A stretch of 64,000 bases of DNA from Mobula hypostoma (taxonomy: Eukaryota). The position numbers were made by a program, and so were the translations under genes. Positions 11,590 to 25,289 of this stretch are shown piece after piece (within the stretch, counting starts at the first letter, position 1; each line of letters begins with the position of its first letter). The notes beneath the pieces are model-generated. The model ran no database searches. It worked only from the letters and a program-made list of their open reading frames with translations, and was not told where the DNA came from. The stretch covers positions 238,206,001 through 238,270,000 of the forward strand of contig NC_086097.1 in assembly GCF_963921235.1 (NCBI RefSeq), written 5' to 3'.

Positions 11590-12945
11590 TGTGGCAATTT
11601 TTGAAGACGAGGTGTGAGATGGATGAGGAGGATTCTAGACCTAGGCCTACGGACAAATCTGAGAAGGTTGATGATGAAGAATTACAATCTTCTGAGTCAC
11701 TTCTCTGCACTAGTGCAACAACGGACACAAAAAAGTCTTTCTTTACAAAAGGCTCAGGAAGCAAGATATTTAGAAGCTGAATTTATTACCCAGAAAAGGG
11801 AAAAATCACAGACTTGGTGAGAATCTAATAACGCCAGCATGTAAAATTAAAGTGGATAAAATACTAGGACAAGACGCAGAATGAGAAATTGAAAAGGTTT
11901 CACTCTCAAACATTACGATAAGTTGACATATTGATGACATTTCACATGACGAAGAAGAGATTTTGTGTGATAAACTGAAAAACAACAGCTTCTCTGTTCA
12001 GGTTGATGAGTCAATAGATTTCACCAATAAACGTCATACAGTATTTGTAAATGATGGTGAAATTCAAGAAAACTTTTTTAGTTGCAATGAGCTGCCTGAA
12101 ACAAGCAAAGGCCAAGATATATTTAATGTTTTGTCTTCATATCTGGAAACAAAGGTCCATCTTGGAGGAACTGTGTTGGCATCTATACTGATGGTGTCCT
12201 ATCAATGGTTGGTTCCATCAGAGGTTTCATTTTTCTTGTAAAAAAGGAAATTCCAGTGCTGGCCATCACACTGCTTTCTTCACAGAAAGGCGCTGATGTC
12301 GAAAACTCTTGGATGAAATGAAGTAGTTCTGGATGATGCTACAAAAATGGTTAACTTTATGAAACAAAGAGCAGTTCAATCAAGAATGTTTTTAAAAAAT
12401 GGTGTGAAAACCTGGATAAAGAGCACACCAATCCCTGCTACATACAGAAATCCAGTGGCTTAGCAGAGGAAGAGTTCTCAACAGGGTGTTTGAGATAGAG
12501 TACTTTCAAGAATATAGTAGACCAGATGTTGCTGAGTGCTTTGAAGATGAAGAATGGGTTCATAATCTAGCCTACCCAGCAGACATTTTTCATCATGTGA
12601 TCCAACTGAACAAGTCTCTGCAAAGGCCTAGAGAAAATGTTTTGACTTCAAGTGACAAGATTCTAGGATTTAAAAGGAAACTGAATCTTTGGAAAAATCA
12701 TGTTGCAAAAGGAAATCTCGAAGTGTTTCCACTGCTTTTTGGGCTTGAGAGAGAGGAAGGATATCAGAAAATCTCGAGCCTTATAGAAAACCACCTGGAA
12801 GAACTGCAGAACAAAAATGAACAGTATTTTTCTGCCCTTTCAACACAAGTTCATGACTCAGTGAGGGACCCTTTTTCTAAATTTCTGCTCAGCCTGAGAA
12901 CTTGAATGTGAGAGAAGAGGAAGAACTCTGTGAGCTACATTCCAA
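11590..12945 (+). pseudogene. Disrupted hAT transposase (Buster/FAM200-ZBED5-like); C-terminal remnant resumes at about 14165-14280
   Basis: FSVQVDESID, IQENFFSC, HCFLHR-like and WLSRGRVL-like segments, LAYPADIF..LNKSLQ; several stops and frameshifts. Confidence 0.85.
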
Positions 12946-14000
12946 TAAGACCATAAGACACAGGAGCAGAATTAGGCCATTCAGTCCATTGAGTCTGCTT
13001 TGCCATTCCACCATGGCCGATCCCGGATCCCACTCAACCCCATATACCTCCCTTCTCACCATACCCTTTCATGCCCTGACCAATCAGGAAACTGTCAACT
13101 TCCGCCTTAAATATACCCATGGACTTGGCCTCCAGCGCAGTCTGCGCTACAGCATTTCATAGATTCACTACTCTCCAGCTTCCTCCTTACTTCTGTTCTA
13201 AAAGATTGCCCCTCAGTTTTGAGGCTGTGCTCTCTACTTCTAGATACCCCCACCATAGGAAACATCCTCTGCACATGCACCATATCCAGTCCTTTCAACA
13301 TTCAGTAGGTTTCAATGAGATCTACATGAATTCTTCTGAATTCCATTGAGTACAGACATGAAGCTGCCAACTGCTCCTTACATGTTAACCCCTTCATTCC
13401 TGGAATCACCCTCGTGAACCTCCTCTGGACTTTCTAACACTGTATGCCAACTGCCATTCTTCTAATTTATCTGAGTCCTGCTGCAATTGCATTGCGTCCT
13501 CCACCTATCTTTGTATCATCCACAAACTTTGCCACAAAGCCATCAGTTCCATTATCCAAACAAACTGAGAGGTAGCAGTCCCAATACTGACCCCTGAAGA
13601 GCACCACTAGTCACTGGCAGCCAACAAGAAAAGCCCCTCCTTATTCCCACTCACTGCCTCCTGCCTGTCAGCCATTCTTCTGCACCTGCCATTATCTTTC
13701 TGGAATTCTATAGGATCTTATCTTGTTAAGCAGCCTCATCTGTGGTACATTATCTGAAAATCTTCTGAAATTTCAAATAAATGACATCCACTGTCTCTCC
13801 TCTGTCCACCCTGCTTATTAATTCCTCGAAGAGCTCGAACAGATTTATCAGGTAAGATTTCCCTTTCCAGAAACCATGCTGACTTTGACTTATTTGATCA
13901 TTGATCTCCAAGTATCTTGAAACCTCATCCTTAATAATAGACTCCAACACTTTCCCAACCACTGAGGTGAGGCTAACTGGCTCATAATTTCCTTTATTGA
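12946..14000 (-). mobile_element. CR1 fragment nested in the hAT transposase
   Basis: 3' tail aagaccataagac; RT GNY.PVSLTSVVGKVLE..QHGF in ORF 13750-14049. Confidence 0.8.
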
Positions 14001-14734
14001 TTGTGCCACACAAATACTTAATTCTGGGTTGAACTTGAGATAAGCACACACAGAGTTTACCTTGAAATGAGATGTTCTCTATCTTTGCTCTTGATGATTG
14101 TTAAACAAGAAAAAGCTTGCTCACACATGTAAGAAGTTGAAAATTGCAGCAAAATATTCATTTTTTGATAGTGCACTCAGGATGAGATTTACTGACCCCA
14201 GGACAAGTTCTGGATTTTTAGGAAAGAAGGATATTCTGCCATTCATAGGAAAGCAATGAACATTTTGCTGAAATGAATACTTGTGCAGCTAAAAAAACAA
14301 GCACTGTTTTCACATGCTATGTCTATATCTGAGCCTCATCATGTCACTTAGTAAGAAAATGTTTTTCAAAATCTTGCATAAATTGTGTCTTAGGCTATAT
14401 TTTCATTCATATTGCTTTGGCTTATGGTTTTTAGTAACTTTACTATTCAACATTGTCAACAAATTTTCAAGTTGTAAATAGCATTAACTAAAATAAATTT
14501 ACAACCTTTATTTAAATTAAATCTACTGAGCCTACCTTTTAAAAAAAATTGAATCCCATTTTGGCTTAAGACAGTTATTTTACAGAATTTCCTTATGTTT
14601 GCCCTTTGGGTTTTTTAAATTTATGAAAAGGAAAGTCAGAGAATAGTTTAAAGAAAGGTTAGCTAAGCTTAACATCTTATTTTTTCTCTAGAAAGGTTGG
14701 CTAAAAATTAATTCTCTACTCTCAAGAGCATTGA

Positions 14735-15145
14735 ATCAGAATCAGGTCACTGGCATGTGACATGAAATTTGTTAACTTAGCAGCAGCAGTTCAATGCAAC
14801 ATAATATAGAAAAGAAAAAATAAATAAAATTTAAAAAGTAATAATAAATAAGTAAGTCAATTACAGTATATGTATATTGAATAGATTAAAAATGTGCAAA
14901 AACAGAAATACTGTATATTAAAGAAGTGAGGTAGTGTCCAGGGGTTCAATGTCCATTTAGGAATTGGTTAGCAGAGGAAAAGAAACTGTTTCTGAATTGC
15001 TAAATGTGAGCCTTCAGGTTTCTGTACCTCCTCCCTGATGGTAACAGTGAGAAAAGGGCATGCCCTGGGTGCTGGAGGTCCTTAATAATGAACGCTGCCT
15101 TTCTGAAATACCGCTCCCTAAAGATGTCCTTGTTACTTTGTAGAC
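14735..15145 (-). mobile_element. Rex1-type LINE 3' end nested in the hAT
   Basis: gaatcagaatcagg tail; homologous to 5178-5625. Confidence 0.7.
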
Positions 15146-15574
15146 AATTACTTTTGGATTATTGTATCTACAACTTATTGATCATGCTAATGTATTGTCA
15201 GCTGTAGATAGACTAATTTTTTTACACAGGGGTTCCCTGAGACCTGAAAATTATTTTAGGGGTTCCTCCAGGAATAAAAGGTTGAGAAAGGCTGATCTGC
15301 ACTATCCTCAGAGAATTATCCAGTTATACGACACTACAACAGGTATTTTGGCCCAACTCATTGACCAAGATGCTTAAAAGCTGGCTATATTAATTTGTGT
15401 TTGATCTTTATCCCTTTAAAGGTTAAAAGAGTACAGAGAAAATTTGCAAGGACGTTGCCGGCACTGGACAACCCAAGTTAAAAGGAAAGATTGAATAGTG
15501 TAGGACTTTATACCTTCCAATGTACAAGGAGAAGTATGCAAAATTATGAGGGGTATTGATAGAAGGTCATAGAT

Positions 15575-18500
15575 AAATACAGCACAGTAACAGGCCCTTT
15601 GACACATCTTGTCCACACTGAAGCAGCCTACTCCCATCAACCCATACTGGGAACACAGCCTTTCATACCCCTGCCATCCATGCATACTTCTCTTTATCTT
15701 TAAAATCAAACTTGCCTGCACCACTTGTGCTGGCAGTTCATTCCACACTCTCACAACTTTGAGAGAAGGAGATTTCCCTCATGTTCCTCTTAAACTTCTC
15801 ACCTTTCACCCTTAACTAATGACCTCTAGTTGTAGTCCAACCAAACCTCAATGGAAAAAGCCTGCTTGCATTTACCCTATCCACACCCCTCGCAATTTTG
15901 TATACCTCTATCAAATCTTCTCTTAATCTTTTACGTTTCAAGGAATCAAGTCTTATACTATTCCTTATAACTCAGATCCTCCAGACCCGGCAACATCCTT
16001 GTAAATTTTCTCCGTACCTTGCTTCCCTCTCATGTAGGTAGGTGACCAAAACTACAAACAATACTCCAAATTAGGCCTCACCAACGTCTTACACAACTTC
16101 GACATAACATCCTATCTCCTGTACCCAATATGTTGATTTATGAAGGCCAATGTGCCAAAAGCTTTCTTTCTGACCCTATCTACTTGTGATGCCACTATCA
16201 ACGAATTACAGACCTGTATTCCCAGATCCCTTTGTTCCTCCAAACCCCTCAGTGCCTTATCATTCACTGTGGAAGACCTACCCTGCTTATTCCTACCAAA
16301 GTGCAAAGCCTTGCACTTGTCTCCATTAAATTCCATCTGCCAGTTTCAGCCAACTTTTTTCCAACTGATGGTGATCCCTCTGCAAGTCGTGATGACCTTT
16401 CTTAGTGTCATCCCAATCTTGGTGTCATCCACAAATTTGCTGTTCTGGTTAACCACATTATCATCCAGATCGTTGATGGACCCTGCACCGACCCCTGCAG
16501 CACACCTCTAGTCATAGGCTCCCATAAAGCCAATGTCTCATCCAATTTATTACCTCATCTTGAATGCTGTGCAATTGAACCTTTTTCACCAGCCTCCCAT
16601 GTGGGACCTTGTCAAGTGCCTTGCTAAACTCCATGTAGACAACACCGCTGTTTTGGCTTCATCTTTCTTCCTGATAGCTTTCTCGAAAAATATGGTTAGA
16701 CATGACCTACCATGCCCAAAGCCATGCTGATTATCCTTAATCAGTCCATATCAATCCAAATACTTGTATGTCTGGGCCGTTAGAATACCTTCCAATAACT
16801 TTCCCACAACTGACGACAGACTCACTCTCTTACCGTTTCCTGGTTTATGTTTAGAGCCTTTCTTAAACAGCAGAACAGCATTGGCTATTCTTCAATCCTC
16901 TGGTATCTCTCTTGTCGCTAAGGATGATTTAAAAATCTCTGCTAGGGCCCTGGCAATTTCAGCACTTGCCTCCTGTAAGATCTGAGTGAACACCATGTCG
17001 GGGGTCTGTGAGTTAATAGAACCATAGAACCATAGAAACTACAGCACAGAAACATGCTCTTTGGCCCTTCTTGGCTGTGCCGAACCATTTTCTGCCTAGT
17101 CCCACTGACCTGCACACGGACCATATCCCTCCATACACCTCCCATGCATGAATCTGTCCAATTTATTCTTAAATGTTAAAAAAGAACCCACATTTACCAC
17201 CTCGTCTGGCAGTTCATTCCATACTCCCACCACTCTCTGTGTGAAGAAGCCCCCCCCAAATGTTTCCTTTAAACGTTCCCCCCCTCACCCTTAACCCATG
17301 TCCTCTGGTTTTTTTCTCCCCTTGCCTCAGTAGAAAAAGCCTGCTTGCTTTCACTCTATCTATACCCATCATAATTTTATATACCTCTATCAATTCTCCC
17401 CTCATTCTTCTACGCTCCAGGGAATAAAGTCCTAACCTATTCAACCTTTCTCTGTAACTGAGTTTCTCAAGTCCCGGTAACATCCTTGTAAACCTTCTCT
17501 GCACTCTTTCAACCTTATTTATATCCTTCCTGTAATTTGGTGACCAAAACTGAACACAATACTCCAGATTCGGCCTCACCAATGCCTTATACAACCTCAT
17601 CATAACATTCCAGCTCTTATACTCAATACTTTGATTAATAAAGGCCAATGTACCAAAAGCTCTCTTTATGACCCTATCTACCTGTGACAACACTTTTAGG
17701 GAATTTTGTATCTGTATTCCCAGATCCCTCTGTTCCACTGCACTCCTCAGTGCCTTACCATTAACTCTGTATGTTCTACGTTGTTTTGTCCTTCCAACGT
17801 GCAATACCTCACACTTGTCAGTATTAAACTCCATCTGCCATTTTTCAGCCCATTTTTCCAGCTGGTCCAAGTCCCTCTGCAGGCTCTGAAAACCTTCCTC
17901 ACTGTCTACTACACCTCCAATCTTTGTATCATCAGCAACCTTGCTTATCCACCCTGATTTGCCTCAGGATAGCAAACATCTCCACCTCAGTAAACTGGAC
18001 AGGGTCAAAAAAGTTGATGTTACTTTACTTCACTTCTATAGACTCTGTGTCCATCTCCTGAGTAAATAGACATGTTAAAAAAATAGTTTAAGATCTTGCC
18101 CATCTGTTTTGGCTCCACACATGGATTACCATTCTGATCTTCTAGTGGACCAATTTTGTCCTTTGCAATCCTTCTGCTCTTAACATCTCCGTAGAAACCC
18201 ATCTGACCATAAGAATTGGCGGTAGAACTAGGTCGTCAAGTCTACTCCACGATTTCATCATGACTGATCATCTTAGTCCTAATCTCCTGCCTTCCCCGTA
18301 GAGAGAATCCCTTAGCATTCTCCTTCACCTTGTCTGCTAGAGCAACTTCATGATTTCTTTTAGTCCCCCGATTTCTTTTAGGTGTTCTCTTGCATTTCTT
18401 CAACTCCAAAAGCACCTCATTTGTTCCTACCTGACAATACCTTCTCTGTTCCTCTTTTTTTTCTCTTAACCAGGGCCTAAATATCTCTTGAAAACCAAGG

Positions 18501-18790
18501 TCCATTCACTTGTTACCTTTACCTTTTATTCTGACAGGCACATATAATCTTGCACTCTCAAAATTTAGCTTTTAGAGGCCTCCCACTTACCAAGTACATC
18601 TTTGCCAGAAAACAGCCTGTCCCGATCCACACTTAACAGATCATTTCTGATACCAGCAAAACTGGCCTTCTCTAATTTATAATCTCAACCCTTGGACCAG
18701 ACCTATCTATTTGCATGTTTACTTTAAAGTTAATGGCACTGTGATCACTAGATACAAAGTGTTCCCTCACAATTTCTGTCACCTGCCTTG
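15575..18790 (-). mobile_element. Old CR1 ORF2, degraded and interrupted by younger CR1 copies
   Basis: ORF fragments MEFNGDKC..EQRDLGIQV (16112-16336) and KDKIGPLEDQ (18020-18202). Confidence 0.75.
17017..17948 (-). mobile_element. Young CR1 3' fragment (same subfamily as the copies at 21610 and 46155)
   Basis: ORF 17214-17870; tagaaccatagaaccatagaaac octamer tail. Confidence 0.92.
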
Positions 18791-18794
18791 TCTA

Positions 18795-19075
18795 TGGGTC
18801 ATGGGTTAAGAGTGACGGTTGAAAAGGTTTAAGCAGAACATGAGGGGATGCTTCTTCGCTCAGAGTGTTGTGAGAGTGCAGAATGACCTGCCAATACAAA
18901 TAGTGCACGCGAGCTCTATTTCAATGTTTAAGAGAAGTTTGGATATTAGGGGCACGGAGGGCTATGGTCTTCGTGCAGGTCGACGGGACCAGGCAGTTTA
19001 GATAGTTCAGCATAGACTAGACAGGCCGAAAGCCCTATTTCTGGGCTGTACTTGTCTCTAATTCTATGACTCTCT
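18795..19075 (+). mobile_element. CR1 3' fragment
   Basis: ORF 18819-19001 FFAQSVVRVQNDLP. Confidence 0.65.
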
Positions 19076-19517
19076 GTAGTTTTAGATCCTCCTGCCCTGG
19101 GAAAATGACTGTGACTTTTATCCTGTTCGATAGCAGTTATGACTTCATAAACCTCTATGAGGTAACAAGTCAGCTTGTTTTGCTCCAGAGAAGATGGTCT
19201 CAACCTATTCAACCTTATAACTCAAGCCCACCAGTCTGAGTAATGCTCTTGTGAATCTTTTCTATTGCTGTCAATGTTAGCAAACTTTTGAAAATAAATT
19301 GTTGAAAGATTATAAAATTGTCTCGGCATAGCTAACTAGTCCAAAAGAAAAAAAATAAACTTGCAAGTTATTGTTCAAGTTCACAAAGGAAAGTTGATCT
19401 TGCCACACAAAAATGTTTGATTTCATTTTTCAACAAAAGATATATCTCAAAATTGAAAATAAATTGTGCACTTAAGCACTACAATGTTGCAAAAAAAAAC
19501 TCAGTTTTTAATATTGC

Positions 19518-19710
19518 ATACAAAATGCTGGAGGAACTCAGCAGGTCAGGCAGCATCTATGGAAATGAATAAACAGTCTTGAAGAAGGCCCTTGGCTTGA
19601 AACATTAGCTGTTTATTCATTTCCATATATTATGCCTGAACTGCTGTGTTCCTCCAGCATTTTGTGTGTGTTGCTTTGGATTTCCAGCATCTGCAGACTT
19701 GCTTGTGTTT
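19518..19710. mobile_element. Older fold-back Penelope pLTR mini-element
   Basis: Arm atacaaaatgctggaggaactcagcagg...gaataaacag is inverted against ctgtttattc...cctccagcattttgtgt, with a degenerate hammerhead (19575-19610) as the loop. Confidence 0.7.
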
Positions 19711-20524
19711 TCGACTTTTAATAATTTTATATTAGTTTTCTTCAACTCCTGATTCAAAAATATATTCTTCTCATCATTAATTCTATTTTAATGCAGGCTG
19801 AGAGTATGTAAATAAAATTAAGAATTGGATTCAACAGAAATTGTTCTTTTTCTCATTCAATAATCTGAAATCGCAAAGGAAGGAATGAGTCAGATAATGA
19901 AATTATATTTTAAGACCAAATTAAAGTCTCAGTCCAGAACAAAAGGTTTTGTCCAAAGATTTAATTTTCTGAGGTCTTTTGGGATTGTACAGGGAGTGTT
20001 AAATTAAAAAAATGTACCTCTGGATCTTCTGCGCTATCTTGGGTAAAGAAATGTAAAAGAAATCCAACCTTTTAACCTACTCTAATAAGGTGTTTTAAGT
20101 TCTTGCACATCAGAACTTTGAAACATGTCATAAGCTCTCTCTGCTCCACAGGAATAATCTATCTGACTTAACATTATATTGCTTCAATGTAGTAAGATGT
20201 CAAGATCCTATAATAATGCCAGTCACTCCCTCAGCAGGGATTGTTCATGCTAATGATCACATCCAATTTCCACTACCTAAATGTGCACTGGACAGTGCAG
20301 GGTGCCATAAATCTGAAGTAGAAAGAACATGGCTTTTCTTTAGGGAAGTAAAGGGTAATTATTGGAAATAAAAGACTTATTGACAATACTGACTGTAAGT
20401 GATGCAATACTTTTAAAGTACAGCCAGAGTTGTGAGGCAGAAAATGCAGCAACTAATTTGTGTACCTCACGAATAGAAATATGAAGTAAATAACAAATAT
20501 TCTGTGGAACTTTAGTGTTGCAGT

Positions 20525-20790
20525 GTATGTCGAGCTTGGCAATTAGCTTGCAGATGTTTCATCACCAGTTGAGATGACATCCTTAGTGCACAGATTTTGG
20601 TGTTTCTCTCTGAGAGTGCTTGTGATTATATATCCACCAATTCGCCTGCCTTGGTCCTGATTGGCTACCCCTTCAATTGACCTTTGGGTTCTATTGCGTC
20701 GTGTTTCTTTGGTTCTTAGAGGTGGATAGATGGTGTCTGTTTTGATATGTTTGGTTAAAGAGTTATCAGAAGAGAACTGCACTTCTGAAA
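20525..20790 (-). mobile_element. Second Penelope-like family, 3' end/pLTR
   Basis: Minus ORF ..SDNSLTKHIKTDTIYPPLR parallels the C-terminus in 26785-27000; degenerate hammerhead gcaCTAAGGAtgtcatc..ggtgatGAAACATCtgc. Confidence 0.6.
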
Positions 20791-20962
20791 AAATTATGTA
20801 GAATTAAAACGGTAACTCTGGGTTCAAGTGTACTGGAGGCTGCTGGGGCAATGGGTGACCTTTCTGTCTTCTTCTGTTCAGCATAGATACTTTGAACTTT
20901 GAATATGCACAGAATGAATTATTTATTTTATTTAGCGATAAATACAGATATACTGCTATAGC

Positions 20963-21516
20963 CAGGGTGTTGTAATGGGGACAAGCTCCCATTACCCTTT
21001 AAAAGCTCCCAATGGCATGCGACTCAAATAGCCTCTGACAACCAAGTCTAGACCTTGGCCTTCCCATGTGGCTTAGCTAATAAGCCCAGCAGAACCATTT
21101 CTACTGAGAGGAGAAGGTGCAAAGGCATGCTATTGGCACCTTAAATCCAATCCCTTCGGTCAGGTGTGGCTCGTCAGCCATGATTGACAGCTGACGTAGG
21201 AGAAAGAAAGCTCTGATCTCAAACCTCTGCTGCCTTGCGGCTAAACCCACTCTTGGGGAAGGCTTCAGATGTAAATTCAGAGCTGGAGTCCCTAAGACTG
21301 TACTATGTTGAGTTCAATGCTGACTGGCAACTCGTGCAACACTGCTGGTGCCAAACTGTGTCATCTCTGCTGTTCCTCTGAGTTCATTAGATGCGTGGAA
21401 AGGGTGAGCTTGCGACATGGGCACCAGCTTACTCTCCATATCGTATGGTCCAGGCTTGCATATCTAGATAGCTAGCACACAACATCCATGATTGACCCTG
21501 ACCAGCGGAGGACTCC
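20963..21516 (+). mobile_element. Probable RTE-clade non-autonomous element (5' UTR-derived)
   Basis: tgtggcttagcta..aagccc..ggagaaagaaagctctgatctcaaacctctgctgccttgcgg resembles RTE-family 5' UTRs; no ORF; interrupts a SINE tail. Confidence 0.45.
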
Positions 21517-21874
21517 GTTTTAGAGACATAGTGAGGGATATGCCCCTACTGTTCTTCGAGCTGTGCCATCCAGCAACCCTAACCTCATTACAGGACAATT
21601 TACAATGACTAGAAACCACAGAAACTACAGCACAGAAACAGGCCTTTTGGCCCTTCTTGGCTGTGCCGAACCATTTTCTGCCTAGACCCACTGACCTGCA
21701 CACGGACCATATCCCTCCATACACCTCCCATCCATGTATCTGTCCAATTTATTCTTAAATGTTAAAAAAGAACCCGCATTTACCACCTCGTCTGGCAGCT
21801 CATTCCATACTCCCACCACTCTCTGTGTGAAGAAGCCCCCCCAATGTTCCCTTTAAACTTTCCCCCCCTCACCC

Positions 21875-24485
21875 TTAACCCATGTCCTCTGTTTTTTTCT
21901 CCCCTTGCCTCAGTGGAAAAAGCCTGCTTGCATTCACTCTATCAATACCCATCATAATTTTATATACCTCTATCAATTCTCCCCTCATTCTTCTACGCTC
22001 CAGGAAATAAAGTCCTAACCTATTCAACCTTTCTCTGTAACTGAGTTTCTCAAGTCCCGGCAACATCCTTGTAAACCTTCTCTGCACTCTTTCAACCTTA
22101 CTTATATCCTTCCTGTAATTTGGTGACCAAAACTGAACACAATACTCCAGATTCGGCCTCACCAATACCTTATACAACCTCATCATAACATTCCAGCTCT
22201 TATACTCAATACTTTGATTAAAAAAGGCCAATGTACCAAAAGCTCTCTTTACGACCCTATCTACTTGTGACGCCACTTTTAGGGAATTTTGTATCTGTAT
22301 TCCCAGATCCCTCTGTTCTACTGCACTCCTCAGTGCCTTGCCATTAACCCTGAATGTTCTACCTTGGTTTGTCCATCCAACGTGCAATACCTCACACTTG
22401 TCTGCATTAAACTCCATCTGCCATTTTTCAGCCCATTTTTCCAGCTGGTCCAAGTCCCTCTGCAGGCTCTGAAAACCTTCCTCACTGTCTACTACATCTC
22501 CAATCTTTGTATCATCAGCAAATTTGCTGATCCAATTTACCACATTATCATCCAGATCATTGATATAGATGACAAATAACAATGGACCCAGCACTGATCC
22601 CTGTGGCACACCACTAGTCACAAGCCTCCACTCAGAGAAGCAATTCTCTACCACCACTCTTTGGCTTCTTCCATTGAGCCAATGTCTAATCCAATTTACC
22701 ACCTCTCCATGTATACCTAGCGACTGAATTTTCCTAACTAACCTCCCATGCGGGACCTTGTCAAAGGCCTTACTGAAATCCATGTAGACAATATCCACTG
22801 CCTTCCCTTCATCCACTTTCCTGGTAACCTCCTCGAAAAACTCCAATAGATTGGTCAAACATGACCTACCACACACAAAGCCATGTTGACTCTCCCTAAT
22901 AAGTCCTTGTCTGTCCAAATGCTTGTAGATTCTGTCTCTTAGTACTCCCTCCAATAACTTACCTACTACCGACGTTAAACTCACCGGCCTATAATTTCCC
23001 GGATTACTTTTCGATCCTTTTTTAAACAACTGAACAACATGAGCCACTCTCCAATCCTCCGGCACCTCACCCGTAGACAGCAACATTTTAAATATTTCTG
23101 CCAGGGCCCCCGCAATTTCAACACTAGTCTCCTTCAAGGTCCGAGGGAACACTCTGTCAGGTCCCGGGGATTTATCCACTTTAATTTTCCTCAAGACAGC
23201 AAGTACCTCCTCCTTTTCAATCTGTACATTTTCCATGATCTCACTACTTGATTCCCTCAATTCCATACACTTCATGCCAGTTTCCTTAGTAAATACAGAT
23301 GCAAAAACCTATTTAAGATCTCCCCCATTTCCTTTGGTTCCGCACATAGCCGACCACTCTGATCTTCAAGAGGACCAATTTTATCCCTTACAATCCTTTT
23401 GCTCTTAATATACCTGTAAAAGCGCTTTGGATTATCCTTCACTTTGACTGCCAAGGCAACCTCATGTCTTCTTTCAGCCCTCCTGATTACTTTCTTAAGT
23501 ATTTGCTTGCACTTCTTATACTCCTCAAGCACCTGATTTACTCCCTGTTTCCTATACATTTCATACAACTCCCTCTTCTCCTTTATCAGAGTTGCAATAT
23601 CCCTTGAGAACCAAGGTTCCTTATTCCTATTCAACTTGCCTTTAATCCTGACAGGAACATACAAACTCGGCACTCTCAAAATTTCCCCTTTGATGGCTCC
23701 CCACCTACCAATCACACCTTTGCCAGAGAACAACCTGTCCCAATCCACGCTTTTTAGATCCTTTCTCATTTCTTCAAATTTGGCCTTCTTCCAGTTCAGA
23801 ACCTCAACCCTAGGACCAGATCTATCCTTGTCCATGATCAAATTGAAATTAATGATGTTATGATCACTGGAACCAAAGTGCTCCCCTACACAGACTTCCG
23901 TCACTTGTCCTAACTCGTTTCCTAACAGGAGATCCAATATTGCATCCCCTCTAGTTGGTCCCTCTATATATTGATTTAGAAAACTTTCCTGAACACATTT
24001 TACAAACTCTAAACCATCTAGACCCCTAACAGTATGGGAGTCCCAATCAATGTATGGAAAATTAAAATCCCCTACCCCCCAACTTTATGGTTCCTGCAGT
24101 TGCCTGCTATCTCTCTGCAGATTTGCTCTTCCAAGTCTCGTTGACTATTGGGTGGTCTGTAATAAAATCCCACTAATATGGCCATACCTTTCCTGTTTCT
24201 CAGCTCCACCCATAAGGACTCAGTAGACAAGCACTCTAATCTGTCCTGCCTGAGCATTGCTGTAATATTTTCCCTAACAAGCAATGCTACTCCCCCACCT
24301 TTCATTCCTCTGCCTCCATCACATCTGAAACATCGGAACCCTGGAATATTAAGCTGCCAGTCCTGCCCCTCCTGTAGCCAAGTTTCACTAACTGCTATAA
24401 CGTCATAATTCCACGTGTCAATCCACGCCCGCAACTCATCCGCCTTCCCCGCAATACTCCTAGCATTGAAATGTATACACCTCAA
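21875..24485 (-). pseudogene. CR1 ORF2 (APE endonuclease plus reverse transcriptase), frameshifted
   Basis: NARSI..VSETWL (24072-24485), SDHN (23272-23937), QHGF..DFSKAFD..GVPQGSVLGP..FADDTK (21875-23275). Confidence 0.93.
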
Positions 24486-24702
24486 GATTTTTTACCACCA
24501 CTCACAACCTTTCTATCAGCAGATTTACTTGAACTTTCAACACCATTTATTTTCACCCCAGCCACACTGTCAGCTCTGGCACTCTGGTTCCCATCTCCCT
24601 GCAAATCTAGTTTAAAGCCTCCCCAATAGCACTAACAAACCTCCCTGAAAGGATATTGGTCCCCCTGTAGTTCAAGTGTAACCCGTCTCTCTTGTACAGG
24701 TC

Positions 24703-25096
24703 CTACCTGCCCCAGAAGAGGTCCCAATGATCCTGAAATCTGAAACCCTGCCCCCTACACCAGTTCCTCAGCCACTTGTTCATCCTCCAGAGCATCCTAT
24801 TCCTACCCTCACTGGCACCTAGCACAGGTAGCAATCCTGAGATTACCACCCTTGAGGTCCTGCTTTTCAACTTCCTACCAAGCTCTCTGTACTCACTCTC
24901 CAGGACCTCCTCACTCTTCCTTGCTATGTCATTGGTACCGATGTGCACCACGACATCTGGCTGATCACCCTCCCACTTCAGAACGTCATGCAAGCGATCA
25001 GAGACATCCTTGACCCTAGCACCCGGGAGGCAACAAACCACCCTGGATTCTCTGTCACGACCACAGAACCTCCTATCTGTACCTCTAACTATCGAA
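24703..25096 (-). pseudogene. CR1 ORF1 SGNH/GDSL esterase domain fragment
   Basis: SIVRG..CCLPGARV..VVVHIGTND..VVISGLLP motifs. Confidence 0.88.
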
Positions 25097-25270
25097 TTCA
25101 CCTATTAACCAGTATGTCTTTGGACTGTGGGAGGAAACCAGATCACGCAGAGAAAATCTGTGTATTCCACAGGGAGGACGTACAGACCCCCTGCAAAGGA
25201 TGCCGAGATTGATCTCTGAACTCTGACGCTCTGAGCTATAATAGTATCATGTTAACCTCTACATTACCGC
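25097..25270 (-). mobile_element. V-SINE 5' portion (split by the CR1)
   Basis: gtctttggactgtgggaggaaacc is the reverse complement of the V-domain core GGTTTCCTCCCACAGTCCAAAGAC. Confidence 0.75.
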
Positions 25271-25289
25271 CCTGCCCTCATGGGACAGA

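Larger units (their letters stand above)
10963..15294 (+). mobile_element. hAT (Charlie/Buster-type) DNA transposon, full extent, with nested retroelements
   Basis: TIRs cagcgtttctcaacc and ggttgagaaaggctg (14/15 match); perfect 8-bp TSD atctgcac (10955-10962 and 15295-15302). Confidence 0.9.
21610..25096 (-). mobile_element. Near full-length young CR1 LINE (5'-truncated within ORF1)
   Basis: ORF1 esterase, APE and RT in order, plus a 3' tail; inserted into a V-SINE (21520-21609 and 25097-25270). Confidence 0.95.

Noticed and set aside
11526..12905. Domesticated FAM200/ZBED/SCAND3-like host gene
   Set aside because: Multiple stops and frameshifts, and enclosure by TIRs and a TSD, show a dead transposon.
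25097..25270. tRNA gene
   Set aside because: Only degenerate tRNA-derived SINE heads are present; no cloverleaf.
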